A DNA stretch of 59,559 nucleotides, the filler included, from Sphacelaria rigidula (taxonomy: Eukaryota): the NCBI GenBank assembly GCA_964200075.2. It is 6 parts of 6 records of this genome, joined end to end, with 100 filler letters (N's around TTAATTAATTAA, not from the genome) between each part and the next. Parts side by side here need not be neighbours in the genome. Positions count along the whole stretch, not along the records: positions 19,888 to 29,730 come from CAXNAA020007645.1; positions 29,831 to 39,673 come from CAXNAA020007646.1; 4 more parts are not named here. One strand, 5' to 3'. The position numbers and the translations under genes were made by a program. This document shows positions 25,044-37,708 of this stretch, one piece after another (the stretch's first letter is position 1; each line of letters starts with the position of its first letter). A model generated the notes under the pieces. It had not been told where the DNA came from. It was given only the letters and a program-made list of their open reading frames with translations, and did not search any database.

Positions 25044-25217
25044 CTATCGCGGTGTTCATCGGGGATCGGTTGATGTGCGGACACAAACATGATCCGCACC
25101 ATGAGTACAACATTTATGGGCTGCACAAAAAACTGTCCGGCCTGAACCGAAGATAGCTGTGCTGGTGGTAATGGGTGTGTAGAGAGCATGACACACCCCC
25201 TCGCGACTGATTTACAG

Positions 25218-25440
25218 CATGACAGATGGGATCCTGAAAAATATGGGAACGATATTCTTCTATGGGAACGAGCTAAGGTCTAGGTTCTATATAGTATTGC
25301 ACTTGGTTCCTGCCATACGCACCTTTGAACAGTTCAAACGTACGTTTGACTCGGTACTAGTTGCATATTATATGCAATTTCGACCTCAGTTGGTTCCCGT
25401 AGAAAAACCTCGTTCTCATTGTTCAGGACCCCGTGTGATG
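25218..25440. mobile_element. Fold-back MITE
   Basis: gggatcctgaa...gaacga...ttctatgggaac..gctaaggtc pairs with gacctcagt..gttcccgtagaa...tcgttc...ttcaggacccc. Confidence 0.65.
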
Positions 25441-25872
25441 TGATCAGAGGTCGAAGCTTGCGTGACAAAACATGCTCGAGGCGTCCTGCTAGTCGGGAGA
25501 GTGGGGCACTCGCTTACATGCGGTCCTTGTTATGATGCATCGCCCCTAAAGCAAACATTTCAAGCTACACTAGGGTACTGGAACCACTTTGGTTGACGAA
25601 TAAATGGGATTTGTATGATACAACTGGTGATTCGTATAGACTGACGGATTGTCACACATTAACTGACCCCTAATCGTCATTTTAATTGGACACGCTCATG
25701 CTCAGCATGCTACTATTTTGGGACGGAACTTACCCGACCACAGTGGGGTGAACGCTTTTGATACGCATCCCATATGGCCCTACATTTTTTTTTTACCCTC
25801 TCTCGCAACCGTGGGCGTCTGTGGATAGTGACGCGTCTGAACCAGGAATAGGAGCGAACAAATCCGGCGGAG

Positions 25873-26409
25873 CTAAAGTGTTGAATGAAAGTCTTGGTCA
25901 TTACCTTTGACAAAAATCACTGAAAACACACACCTGCTGTATGCTGCGACGAGAAGACTGTAACCATTTGTGTTCGGCTCCAGAGCCATGGGGTTGGTAT
26001 GCAGGGAAGGCTGACAGTGCTCCTCCCCCGTGTCATGATCCACTACCACGATGTGCGCCGATAGTGACGCGTCTGAGACGTGTAAGATCGCCGTGACGAA
26101 CGTCGGTGTTTCATCGCTCTTGGTGCTGTTGGTGTTGGCGATGGTGCTATTTTCGTTTTTGTTTTCGCCATCGGTTTCATTGCTGCTGATGATGTTGTCG
26201 TTGTCGTTGCCATTACCGATAATCTCATTATTCTCAGAGGTATTGCTGCCTACACCCTGAACGCTGAAGGCACGGCGGAATAGAATATGCCAATCACCGG
26301 CTCTAAACATGACAAGGGCAGAACAGAGGATGCGGAATGAGAGGGAAGGGCAAAGTGGCGGGAGAGAGTGGGGTATGCGTGTTCTTAACGAAAACAATTT
26401 GTATTCCAA
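25873..26409 (-). CDS. Low-complexity Asn/Ser/Thr-rich ORF or exon of unknown function, possibly decayed
   Basis: A 178-codon ORF with plausible splice sites (~26266 acceptor, ~25933 donor). An 18-nt segment encoding SDASLS is duplicated at ~25822 and ~26060. Confidence 0.25.
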   Translation of the reverse strand: MEYKLFSLRTRIPHSLPPLCPSLSFRILCSALVMFRAGDWHILFRRAFSVQGVGSNTSENNEIIGNGNDNDNIISSNETDGENKNENSTIANTNSTKSDETPTFVTAILHVSDASLSAHIVVVDHDTGEEHCQPSLHTNPMALEPNTNGYSLLVAAYSRCVFSVIFVKGNDQDFHSTL

Positions 26410-27554
26410 CTATATCCACTCTTCCAACTGCTGTTCGAATTGTCCCAGTCAATACCATGTTTCCTACCATTCCAATTCTTCCATTTCTTCCCAACTCGTT
26501 TCTGTGGACTACGGCGAACTAACACTGAGATGGAGAAAAAAGTAGAAACAACTAAGAGAAACCAAAGAACAAAAGTCGGCTTTGTTTCCAAACACACTCA
26601 TCGCAAAGACTAGCACAAGCTTGACGGTAAGCATCAGTGAGGGGGCACTAGAATAGCTAGGCTTTCAGCGAAATCGGATGGACATTGCGTGCAAACGTTT
26701 AAGCGATTGTTCTTCTAATTCTTGATATTAGGGAGCAAGTGCTCGCTTCTTGTTCGATCTTTGTCACTATTGGACCTGTTTTATGTGAAAAAACTGGAAA
26801 ACTAGAAATGTATAAGCAATCTCATCTTGATAGATGCCTACCAATAGCTGCTTGATGCAACAGCGGCTTCGAGAGCCGCGAAGCTAGTCTGATTGCAGTA
26901 CTGTGTCTGGGAACAGACGAACCTCAACCCGAGGTAGTGAAAAAGGATGTGTAATGCCGCATGTTTATCCCCTCCGGGGGGGGGCGGGGGCAGATTCAAA
27001 GGAGACTTACCCCTTTGTTTGCCTCAAGCAGACTCTTTTCGAGGGGATGCAGCGAGTCAACGGTAATGCAAAAGCGGGCTTTGAATCATGAAGTGCATTG
27101 GCATTTTCCACTTTCGAAAGCGTTGTAAACTCTTTGACCACCACGGTGGGTCATCTATGAATTGGCATCATTTCATAAGGGTCAAGCGCCACATGTTACT
27201 GGGATGCCGTGGTAGAATACTGCAATTTGAAAAAAAAAGAGCGAAATTGTGCTACTCACTTGTCGTTTTAGATGACGATGGCATGTTTGTGAGGGAACCT
27301 GCGAATATTGTCCATTCGATCGTTTCTGATAATCTGGCGTACCTGGTCGTAAGACATGATGCTTGTCTTTGTCTAAGCCCGCATATCAGTGGTTCGTATA
27401 AGCATTGAAATTCAATCTACACATGTTTTACATACAATCACGTACTCATGATAGAGGCGGTACTTTTGATGAGAAGGCAACACGCAGCATGAAGTTTCTG
27501 TTTTCGCCTATGCACAGCACGCACAACAAAGCCCTTCGTTTAGACACGTCTGTT

Positions 27555-27696
27555 GAGTGATGCTACGGTAGGGGTGCAATAACTAGTCCAAAAGTTGCGT
27601 GAGTTTGTGCGCTTAGGCCCAAATGTTATTCATCGAGGGGCTCCTCAAGTCAAGAGCCTCGGAAATGTTTTGTGCATCCCTACCGCAACACCACTC
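27555..27696. mobile_element. MITE family A, short copy 3
   Basis: gagtgatgctacggtaggggtg ... catccctaccgcaacaccactc. Confidence 0.8.
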
Positions 27697-29730
27697 GCTT
27701 CAACCTAAAAACATGTTTTGCATACCCTAGACAATATATTACATTGGCGAAACGTGTACTGCGTGAAGTATGGAATCTATTGTCTATTGCAATCGACGAA
27801 ACAGTTGACACTGTTCGCAGTGTACTTATTGACAATGTAATCTGATGTCTAGGGTGTGATATTTCGTGCTTTCATACTTGCAACCCCTCCTCCTTGGGAT
27901 GAGTCGGCAGTCTTGAGGAATCAGCCCACCTTTTCCCCTCTGTACGTGCCTCACAAGTTCGTTATCACGCATTGAATATTGACCATTCCCATTATGTGAT
28001 GACCACTCCCGCAGGTCGTCGACGCTCATTGAATTCTGGTTTTGCCTCTCGCGTCCCAAGGTCTTCGACAGCAGCAACCGGATGCTCTATCAAAATAGCA
28101 CATCTTTCGGGGTTCAAACACACAGTTCTTCCTTTATTTTTATATTCCTGCATTCTGAAACAAATATCTAGTTCGAGTCCTTAGCTGTTTATTTCTACAG
28201 TGTTTGTTTTCACCTCTCTACTCCCCCCCCCCCCGTCTGTCAACCTTTTCGTCGAGTTTTCCTTCAGCGACCGACCGAGAGTTTCTGTTCATTTTATCGC
28301 GTGTACATACGTCTATCTTGATGTGAAAACGGCCTGGTTCATGACGGATCAGTCAATGCGCAACGATCAACCAAAAAACTGATCAACTATTCAACCGAAG
28401 ACCCTACCTCGGCTACGGTTATCTGGTGCTCACGGCTGTATTTACAGCGGATCTGTTGATGCCAATGTGTGATAACCAACCAGTTAACCAACCGTGCGCC
28501 CTTCGGTCTGTTATGAGGCACATGTCAAAACCTACCCACCCACTCCTGGGTACCATCTCAGGCGCCTTCTTCGATTTACGGATCTTTCTGTAGCGTAACC
28601 AAACCAATCCTCACCCCAACCTTAACGCTGACCCCGACGAAGGTATCCGCGAAACCTTGGGCAACATGAGGTCCTGCTTAACTGTGTTGGTAGGTAGACG
28701 GGACTGTGGCGTAGGCTGGTAGGCACGGTGCTACAGTGCAGTGGCACACAACTGCTCTTCGCATCCAGGGAAACTCGCCTCACTACAACAAAGTGAAATC
28801 AAATGCGCTTCTTGAGATGGTGAAGCACTGCAGTTCTGCAGCGATCGGTGAGATTTGGGCGATGCTGTGCTTGATTCCCGAATCGGCAGCGTTTCTTCAC
28901 GGACTCTTCCGTACGAACGTTAGGTCGTCCCGCCGACGACGCTCGATGAGACCGCTGTGCTTCCACGTAAGGCTGATTGCCTTGGGGGCTGTCTTTGTGT
29001 CCTGGTCCTCGAGTCTGAGTTTCTTCATGTAGCGTAACGCGAAGCGAACACGGCTTCCTCAGGACACGAGTGGTATCTCGTGGGGTCCGCGTCGGCTAGC
29101 AAGCTGCCACTTGCTGGGGGAAAACCTTTCGTGGCAGCTGTTAAGGGGAACCCGACGATGCCCAACACCCCGGAAGCGTGAGAAATGTTTCTCCGTACAC
29201 GGCAGAATGGAATGACTGGCTTGGAAGAAAACCCAGGGGGGAGTGGTTTGAAGAAGGCTAACCTGTGCCGCCGTCAATTCCGACGTTGTCGAATATAAAA
29301 ACGGGAGTACTGACCGGACCCACCGCGTGACAATCAAAGGGAAATGCTGCAGTATGTGATGGAGACTTCAATGGTTTTCTATTTGGAACCTCGGGCTCCA
29401 ACGGGAGGTGACTAGTGACGGGAAAGAGACCAAAAAGAAACGAAGCAGAGCAGGCTCCAGTTTTCGGTGAAGTGCTTGTATCAGTATATCTGATTTGATG
29501 TCGCGGCTTGAAGGCCGATGTGGGCACAGATCACGAAGAGCTGAGCCTGGATATTAAAGATGAGAGTATTATCAACCATATGCTATGTGAGCTAGACTCT
29601 CCGTAGAAGCGGATGGTCAAGCCCTGCAGCTCTTGTTTTTTCGCACATGTCCACCCCCCCCCGCCCCCCCCCCCCCCACCCCTCTCCCCCCCCCCCCCCT
29701 CCCCCCCCGCCTCCCCCCGCGCCCCCCCTA

Positions 29731-29830
29731 NNNNNNNNNNNNNNNNNNNNNNNNNNNNNNNNNNNNNNNNNNNNTTAATTAATTAANNNNNNNNNNNNNN
29801 NNNNNNNNNNNNNNNNNNNNNNNNNNNNNN
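29731..29830. other. Artificial scaffold linker
   Basis: N44-TTAATTAATTAA-N44. Confidence 0.97.
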
Positions 29831-31129
29831 AGGTCAGGGAAAGCACGGCTTTTGAGTTGAACCTCATTTGTTTTTTCAACCCCATTTTCGAAAATCGGCT
29901 GTTACATGCACCCGAGGTGAACATAATGGAAGCACTCGCCAGCGGAAACTCGAGATGCGGCGATGCACAAGGAAAACAAAACACACAGAAAAAAACAGAA
30001 AAAGTGAAAAGAACAAGCCGAACATAAAACCAGAGACCAAACAAAAAACAAAATGTACGAGGTGGGCCAGCTGACAGTGATTTTTGAATAAAAAAAATGG
30101 CGATGCGATTGGTAGTTCGAAGAGTTAGGCGCTGAATTTTTGACACGACATTTGTATCATCAACTCGCGCAACCCTATTGGGGGTACAGAGAGAGAAAAC
30201 AAAAAAACAAACAGGAAATCAAAGCGAGTTGAAGTTTCAACAAGAACAGGAAAAAACTATAACTCCATGAAACGTTAATAAAACCGGCTGCACCCCATAC
30301 AACGTTGTGAGCACTCGCGTCCAGGATATCCTGGCGAAGTTACAGCCAAAAATACCTCAAATTGGGCGCCGCATCGCACTTTTCGTGTGACACGGCCGCG
30401 CCCCTTTAATCTAACTGATGTAGAAGACTCCAGTTACGGAGGTCATGAGTTCGAATCCCGACAGATTCTCTTTTTTTCGTCCGTCGTCCAGGTAATATAT
30501 TGTGCAGTACATTTGTTTCATTTTTTCTTCAGTCAGCGGCGGTGCCGTGTGTTGCCAGGTTGGTCTGCACTTCACAGCGATACGCTCAAGTTGCGCTGAT
30601 CTGGGAAACTTGAGATTGTGGTGTGGAAAGCGAATGCGCGATTTACTGCTGGCCCAGCTCGTAGATGAAAGACAAATTGAAACGAAAGGAAGGAGGAACA
30701 ATACGAACCGAAAACCGGTCCTGATCAACATCGTGATGGGATGACTAATAACACAAAAGAAATGGTCTCAGGTGAAGGAGTCGTGGGCAACACACACACA
30801 AACACACACACACACACAGCAAGCAAAGCGAAAAAAAAAAACGTTACTCGTACGGCCTCGGCAGAGAGTATCGCATCGTGTGCGTTTCGACCAAAATAAT
30901 ATTTTTACGGTTACAAAACGGGAGTAAGGAGGCGTGCCGAAGAAACCCTCTACTGATGAGTCGAATGCACCCATCGCTGATAGCCGACGTATATCGCGAC
31001 GACGTCCTCGAAGGCTACGTGTCCGTTCCAAGGAGCTCCGTTTCCCTGCAGTGGATTTTCTATACGATGAGCTCGCCGAAGTGTGAATACACACGTCGGT
31101 CGTGCCGGGCATAATCGGTTGGTTTACCA

Positions 31130-31490
31130 AACCCGGTCCGGGCTCACGTACCTGGTGCTCCAGAAATATAGATGCTCCGCCCCCAAAAATGCAATGATGT
31201 ACACCACGGAATATATCAAAGCGGTCACGTGGGCGACGGTCAGAAGCTTAGAGCGCAGCGAATGGCGAAGGAAACGATTGCATCTGCAGGAAGATACCGG
31301 AGCGCACACAAGGGGAGGATACGTTGAAGTGACGACTGAGCTCGATCAGCTGGAAGTCACAGCTATCCCACGGCACATACCAGAGTACCAGACTCCACAC
31401 ACTCTCCAGAAGAGTTCTGCTTTGTCGATGTTGAACTTTTTCTAAGCTGCAACCAGATATTCCTTGTGGAGAATGGCGGATAAGCTACTC
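31130..31490 (+). mobile_element. Degenerate pogo/Tc1-type DDE transposase fragment
   Basis: KNAMMYTTEYI...RKRLHLQEDTGAH...IPEYQTPHTLQ resembles the DDE_1 motifs (KAWMT; LLLLD...H; IP..T..LQPLD). Confidence 0.5.
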
Positions 31491-34400
31491 TTACATGGGG
31501 AAGCGAGCGGCGCACTCGATTCCGGTTGCGCAGTTCCTTGAAAACCTCAATTACACAGTGCATACGCCAGTTGGCACTTTTCTTTAGAGGCTTCTACTAG
31601 AACCATACTTCGTGATAGTCCCGTGGGTGAACATGGGGGGAGGGGTAGCCCTCGTCGTCATCATCGGGGGCGGTGAGTATATCGAGGCACGCGAAGTAGC
31701 TCACTGGCGAACGGAGGAAGTACAAACAAGATAAATGCACGCATGCCATACCGTACAAGTACACACAAACTGCAACTCTTGTACAGAACAGTGTTTTCTG
31801 ACTCATAGAGCAAGCCCCAATGAACCATTGAGACTGAGACGAGAAGAGAGCCTCTCGGCCGACTTCTACCCGCCCTACCCCGTCTTGTATATCCAGAAAA
31901 TTCACACAGTACGATACTGATTATTTGAGTTCAACCATGTATGCAGCGGGAAGCGAGAACAGACAGATGTACTCGTGGACGGGGAGGTATAAATTCCATT
32001 GCTATGAATATTGCATCGATTTGCTATAAAATGAACAAGCTATGCCGTGCGCTGTGCACTGCCAGAACATGCTCGACTTGCGCTGAGTGCCGCCCCGCAA
32101 GTGCCAGGACTACCTCGAGATTACCGGGGAGTAGTGCTTGGCGTGCATTTGTTGCACGACGCGCAGGTAGCCGAGCGTCCACCGCTTGCCGTGCACCGAC
32201 ATGACAGATAGATGCACAGCGAACACCTTCATATGTGCCTCAAAAGAGCAGGACGCCAGTAACCGGGGCTGTCATGCACCAGCTTTAATACATGCACTCG
32301 AAATATCAACTGTTCATCGAAATACTAGTAGCGTATCATGATATTTTTGGCTCATATTCGAGAGTCTATCTGAGTCGATCTCGACCTCTGCGCAGCCAAA
32401 ACGATCGACGGTACACACCTTTGGTGTGAAAAACACCAAATCGCACCCGCACGTGCCAGGCGCCAAGTAGCGAAGAGAGCCAAAAACACGACAAGGTCTT
32501 CAGCAACGACAACGACCGCAGCCCGAGAAAACCAGGAACCACCCAAAACGAAGTACTTGTGCAACTTGAGCACAACAGCGGTCCCGCCCAGGATTCCGAA
32601 CACAACCTGCACCCGGAATGGACGAGGAATACGGAAGGATTGATTTTGCGAAAATGAGGGAAGCAGCACAAGTCTCCACCATCGTGCCCACAAATCGTAC
32701 CCTACCGCACCGTCTGCAGCCTTCTTCCGTCGCTACGGGTTTGCCCTCTCCCCGTACTTCCTCGTGTAATAGTGGCATGCGCGTATGAGTCATGGACAGA
32801 ACACACTCAATCAGGGGAAATTGACAGGGGGAATCACCAACAAGCCACGACCGTCTGATGCAGAAAGGGCGGAGTTTCAACCCTCCTCATAATCCCAAAC
32901 AGCCGGCGGTGCAGCGTGGTCGATGGCGACGTTGGCAATAGTCAGCTCGTACAAATCGTTAGCAAACTAGATACCACCCATGTGATCCTGGTACAGATTT
33001 GGCTGCCACGTGTCGCACATGGAGACTTGTTGTTGATCCGTGATTGCTTTCGAGCCAACATCCCCGTCACAAGACGTTGGTGCCCTTACATTGTGGTGGA
33101 AGCCATATCTATAGGTTACAGGTCCGCACACAGATGGGTGAATAGGACTGCATTATACTGTAACGCATGTACTGGCATCTACACCGCGTTGCGGCTGGGG
33201 TTGTTTGTAGAGGTTTAAGGTCTCTTCTGAAATGCCTGATGATGACGTATCATCATCACGCTTCACGGATCAAGGTCCACATGCGCGGTGCATGTATTAG
33301 CTGATCACGTAGTATTACTCAGACGGCTCGAGCGAAGGAGAAGGTCGGGGTACTGCTGCAGGTTTTGGAAAAAAACGTTGTAGGCGTAACTTTGAAGAAA
33401 AGTGATTATAGCTCGCCAGTAAATCGAAGTCAAGAAATCACCCGCGCGAGCGCTCTCGCGTGACACTTGAGACGTGGAATGGAATTGAGCTGTCCACCAC
33501 GGTGCTGTCTGTATTGGTCACTTACAGGAGTGCTTCTTTTTGCCAAACGCTGGAGAGAATGAAGGTAATGCGAGGTCGGTAAATGCCACAGCTCGACATG
33601 GACGGCAAGCTACATGGACTGGTTGGATTCCGGGAAAACTCTGAACGGTGGGCACCCTTTTGTTCACCGCACCGAGAATTGATTCCTACTACTGAGGGCG
33701 ATATGCATCGGTATGGCGGCACCTGTAGTCGCTAGGCACGAATCACATACATCGCCCTCCACAACCTGAAATCGTCGTTGCGAGTGCTCCGTGCGTTTGG
33801 GGAGCGGGATAATCACCCATTTTCAAGACTGTATAAATAAGCAACCGCAAAGTTCCACATTGCGGAAACGCATACAGGCTTGTTCATGGCGAATGCCCAA
33901 CTTAATCCCCACTAGATACAGAACGCAAAACGGACCCGACAGAAACACATTCGGCATCATAGTGACCCCTACGAGCAAGAGAAAAGTGTGATATGGCCGG
34001 GTTCTTTCTTGCGTCCTTTGTCGTGGCGCTTGTCGTGAAAATGTTTCTCGGCCATTCAGGAGCTTTCAAACTGTGCTCAAACTAAAAATGCGAATTCCCG
34101 AGTCAATTTGTACCCAACTTCCATAACAAATCAAACCCTTGGTAACCGCCATCAGATAGGAAACCTTAGTAATCGCCATCAGCTAGGGAAACTAACGCAA
34201 AAAACAGATTTGAAAGCGGTTTGTATGGGATCGAGTTATAACCTCAAACGTGGTGTCTCAGCGATGTGACGTTTTGGCGTTGTCGAATTTCCATTGATAA
34301 TATGGATAGGAGGCCCAGAAAGTCTCTTGGCGTTTTCCCATGTGTCTTTCGTAGAAAAGCTCCGATCATCCTCAAACTTGGCAGTTTGGTAGATATGGGT

Positions 34401-36199
34401 GCTACGAAAGGAAAAAAAACGTTGAAGAATCATTCAAACCTTGTGCCCGCTCTACTGGCTTCCGGGGGTTCCAGAATGAAGACTCCCGGAAGTCAGTACA
34501 GATTGCTTCAAATTCAAAAATCAAACGTGATTCGTCCCAAGGTAGTCCAAGGAACGTTTGTACGAAGTTTCCATGCGTAACTCGAAAAGGTGATTTCAGA
34601 CGGTCCAAGCTCAGGCGCAACAGGAAAATCTCGGTGGCATACTATAATCAAGTGAATAGGGGGATTCCGCGTATCTTTGTATACCTCAACGCACATATGG
34701 GCGATTAGATTACTCATGGCATCTTCTCGAGTTAGGCCCTGGAGTTTTGCACACGGTTGCTCTGAGATAATTAGAAAGGTTGCATGAATGGGGCCTCTTA
34801 TTTCTACCAGATATCCTGGGACCCCGGATATCTGGAGGGGGAAAATCAACCAATCTCACTCATGTGGCCTTTCCGAATATCTCAGGGCGACTGTGTGCAA
34901 AATTTCAAGATTCTACTCGAAAAAAGCGGCGTGAGTAATCGCTGGGGATTGAATTCCGGTTGTTGACCCTGCCTGACGCAGCCTGTATCATTGGAAGCAC
35001 TTCCAGGTACCACTTGCTTCGAGAGACCTTGGTGCGGGCTCTCTATGCTAGTGTCAGAAAAAAACGTAAAGACCATCGATCGGACAGAGCAGCCTCAGAG
35101 AACGGACAGTACAACAGTTCGTCGAACGACCGGATGACAGCAAACAGACAGACGCGAAGCACCGCACTCGGTATTTGTACGTGGGGGTAGATCGTGAGCA
35201 GGCAGGTTACCTTGACAAACGTTGTGACACCGAAGAAAGCGCAGACGCGGTGGCACAGGAGAAGCGCTCTGTCTTTGGCATTTCCTACAAGTTGTCTGCG
35301 GTGTTCCTGTTGCACACAGCAGCTTAATATCTTGCGAACAAGAATGCTGCACGTCAGCAAACAGAACCACAAGAACGGCGCAAATGTCTGATCGGCAAAG
35401 GGGGTCTACGGTAGTACCTCAGATAGGTGTTGCGGTATTGCGCTAGCGCACCAGACGGACCGGAGTCGAGGAAAGGCGTACCTCCTGCAATGTGGCACGT
35501 GCGGCTTGACGCACCAGCCATTTTTGTCGCCCATATTCTTCCGGCGTAGGCAAAAACAAAATGTGCGGCATGATCCAAATCGCCGACGGCGAAAAACGAA
35601 TTCGGTCCGTTGTTCTCGTCGTAAGGTTAAGGTTCAGCGAAGAAATACAAGGAAAGTGTTTTATATCCCTAAACATGGAACAAAATGACGATGACACAGC
35701 AACAACCAAAGGAACAGGGGAAAGCGTCAATCAGGGTAGATAACTGAAGCTGCCTGCTACAAGCTGGGATAAGAGATGGATACAGCAGAGAGCAAGGGGC
35801 AGACAGAAGATTCAGCTACTCAGACGTATTCTTCAATTTGACTTGCTGATGCATTGTGATGAACAGCTGGTGAACCCATCGCGTTACGTTGCTTAACGCT
35901 GGCTTGTTCAAATTATTTTGCGGTGAAAAACTGTCGGGTGTCGAGTACGGGTAATACCCGAGTGAATACCCCGAGTATGCACAAAATCGTAGCCCACAGA
36001 ACAAGCATTGAAATATTCCGGCACCATGCTTCGATACATGATGATTTTTTAGTAGAGTTGAAGGTGGGCTAGGGTTTGGTACTTGTTTCCTCCCCCATGA
36101 TTCTTCGGACGGTCAAAGGAGGTAATAGTCCCGAGGTAATATCCTGTAGCGTATGGGTACAGAACTTACAGAAATGTTTGGTACCGGTATGAAAGTCTT

Positions 36200-37708
36200 C
36201 ATACGTCGGACGAGCACAAGTGTGACTCGTGGCACTCGCACTCGTTGGGCTGTTCGTTGACCGTAAAAGTTAATAGAGCGAGCACTCGAGTCATCGCTCG
36301 TGGTGGAAAAAATTAATGGGGCGAGCACTCGAGTCATTGCTCGTTGTGGAAAAAAATAATAGGGCGAGCACTCGAGTCATTGCTCGTTGTGGAAATAAAC
36401 AAATAGGGCGAGCACTCGAGTCATTGCTCGTCGTGGAAAACAATTAATAGGCGAGCACTCGAGTCATTGCTCGTTGTGAAACAAGTTAACCCCTTTGGGA
36501 CCGGGCCCCCAGAACGACCAAGGAGGCTGATTGAGCATGACGTGTCTGACGTCTGCACGAAGAAGCGGCATGTTGCTGAAAATCCGAGTACGTAACCGCA
36601 GGGTTACGAGGAAGACCGAAAGTTTTATCCAACCTATTTTCAGGTGCAGGGTGCGCATTAGGTAATGTACATCTGATGTAGCAAGCAGTATGGGTCGCGG
36701 TAAAGAGCTTTCAACAGGATGCGGCGACCGGCGGGTCGCCCGTCACTTGCGGCCTTGGATGATAATAATGTCTCCATCACCTTGCCACACAGCCCTTTGT
36801 GATCGGGGTGGGCCGCCATTTTCCTCTTTGTTGCATGCGGCAAATTATCTAGGGTATGGGCGTTGGGGCGCACATAGATACAGTACAGTACAGTACAGTA
36901 AGTGCAGGACGCCTCCCCGACTGCAGCAGCAGCTGCCGCTGCATACTCCCTTGCACATTCTGGGCAGTTCTCAGCGACGGAGATCAGCTGCCCATGCACA
37001 GCTTGTTCATCCTCGCCCACTACATACATGTTCACAGTGTTCTGCAAGTCATCGGGAGAGGGATAAGCATAATTCATGACGTTAGCTCCTTTTCTCTTTC
37101 CACCACGGCCCACCTGGGTTTAGTGTCTCGTGAAGATGACCACATTGTGGCATGTACACTCCTTCCCGGTTTTACCACTCCACCCTGTGTTAGTGTAATT
37201 ACTACGTTTTAGTATAGGCTGGCGACCCAAAAAAACTCCTGGGAAACCCCGGGAACGCTATGCTGAATGCAAGTAATACAATAAGCCATGCTCCGAGCAC
37301 CCCGGCTTGAGAAGCCTGGGAAGGCTTATCTGGGCCAGGGATAGAGCCCCCACACTATCTTTGCAGTGAAATCACACTCGGCAACAGTTCTCGCGCTGAT
37401 TGTTCGGGTCTGGTCGATAAATTTCTCCTCGCCGTGATTGGGCAGATCGCTCCCTGACTTACTTTTTACTATTTCACGAAGCCATGGTCAACCTCTTGTT
37501 AGTGGGGAGTCGGTCCCACGCAAAAGGGTTAATAGGGCGAGCACTCGAGTCACTGCTCGTTGTAAAAAAAATAAGGTTCGAGCACACGAGTCACTGCTCG
37601 TTGCAAAAAAAAGTAATGACTCGAGCACACGAGTCATGCTCGTTGTGTTTTCGAAAAAAAACACACGAGTTCACTCGTTTCGACGGGTAATGACTCGTCC
37701 GACGTGTG
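36200..37708. mobile_element. hAT-type MITE (15-bp TIR, 8-bp TSD AAAGTCTT) containing a ~43-bp hairpin tandem array
   Basis: TIR catacgtcggacgag / ctcgtccgacgtgtg; TSD at 36192-36199 and 37709-37716. Array units start at 36279, 36322, 36365, 36409, 36452, 37538, 37579 and 37622. Confidence 0.88.
36490..37528 (-). mobile_element. Non-autonomous piggyBac-like element (CCC...GGG ends, TTAA TSD) carrying a coding fragment
   Basis: ttaa|cccctttgggaccg ... cggtcccacgcaaaaggg|ttaa. No transposase is present; there is an internal ORF at 36658-37113 (-). A second copy starts at 19185. Confidence 0.85.

Noticed and set aside
30393-30465. tRNA-like sequence with a gagttcgaatcc B box
   Set aside because: No cloverleaf can be formed; at best a decayed SINE head.
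36279-37645. CRISPR-like array of palindromic repeats with 'spacers'
   Set aside because: The linkers are mutually similar A-tracts rather than unique spacers. The array lies inside a TIR/TSD-bounded MITE, there are no cas genes, and the context is eukaryotic.
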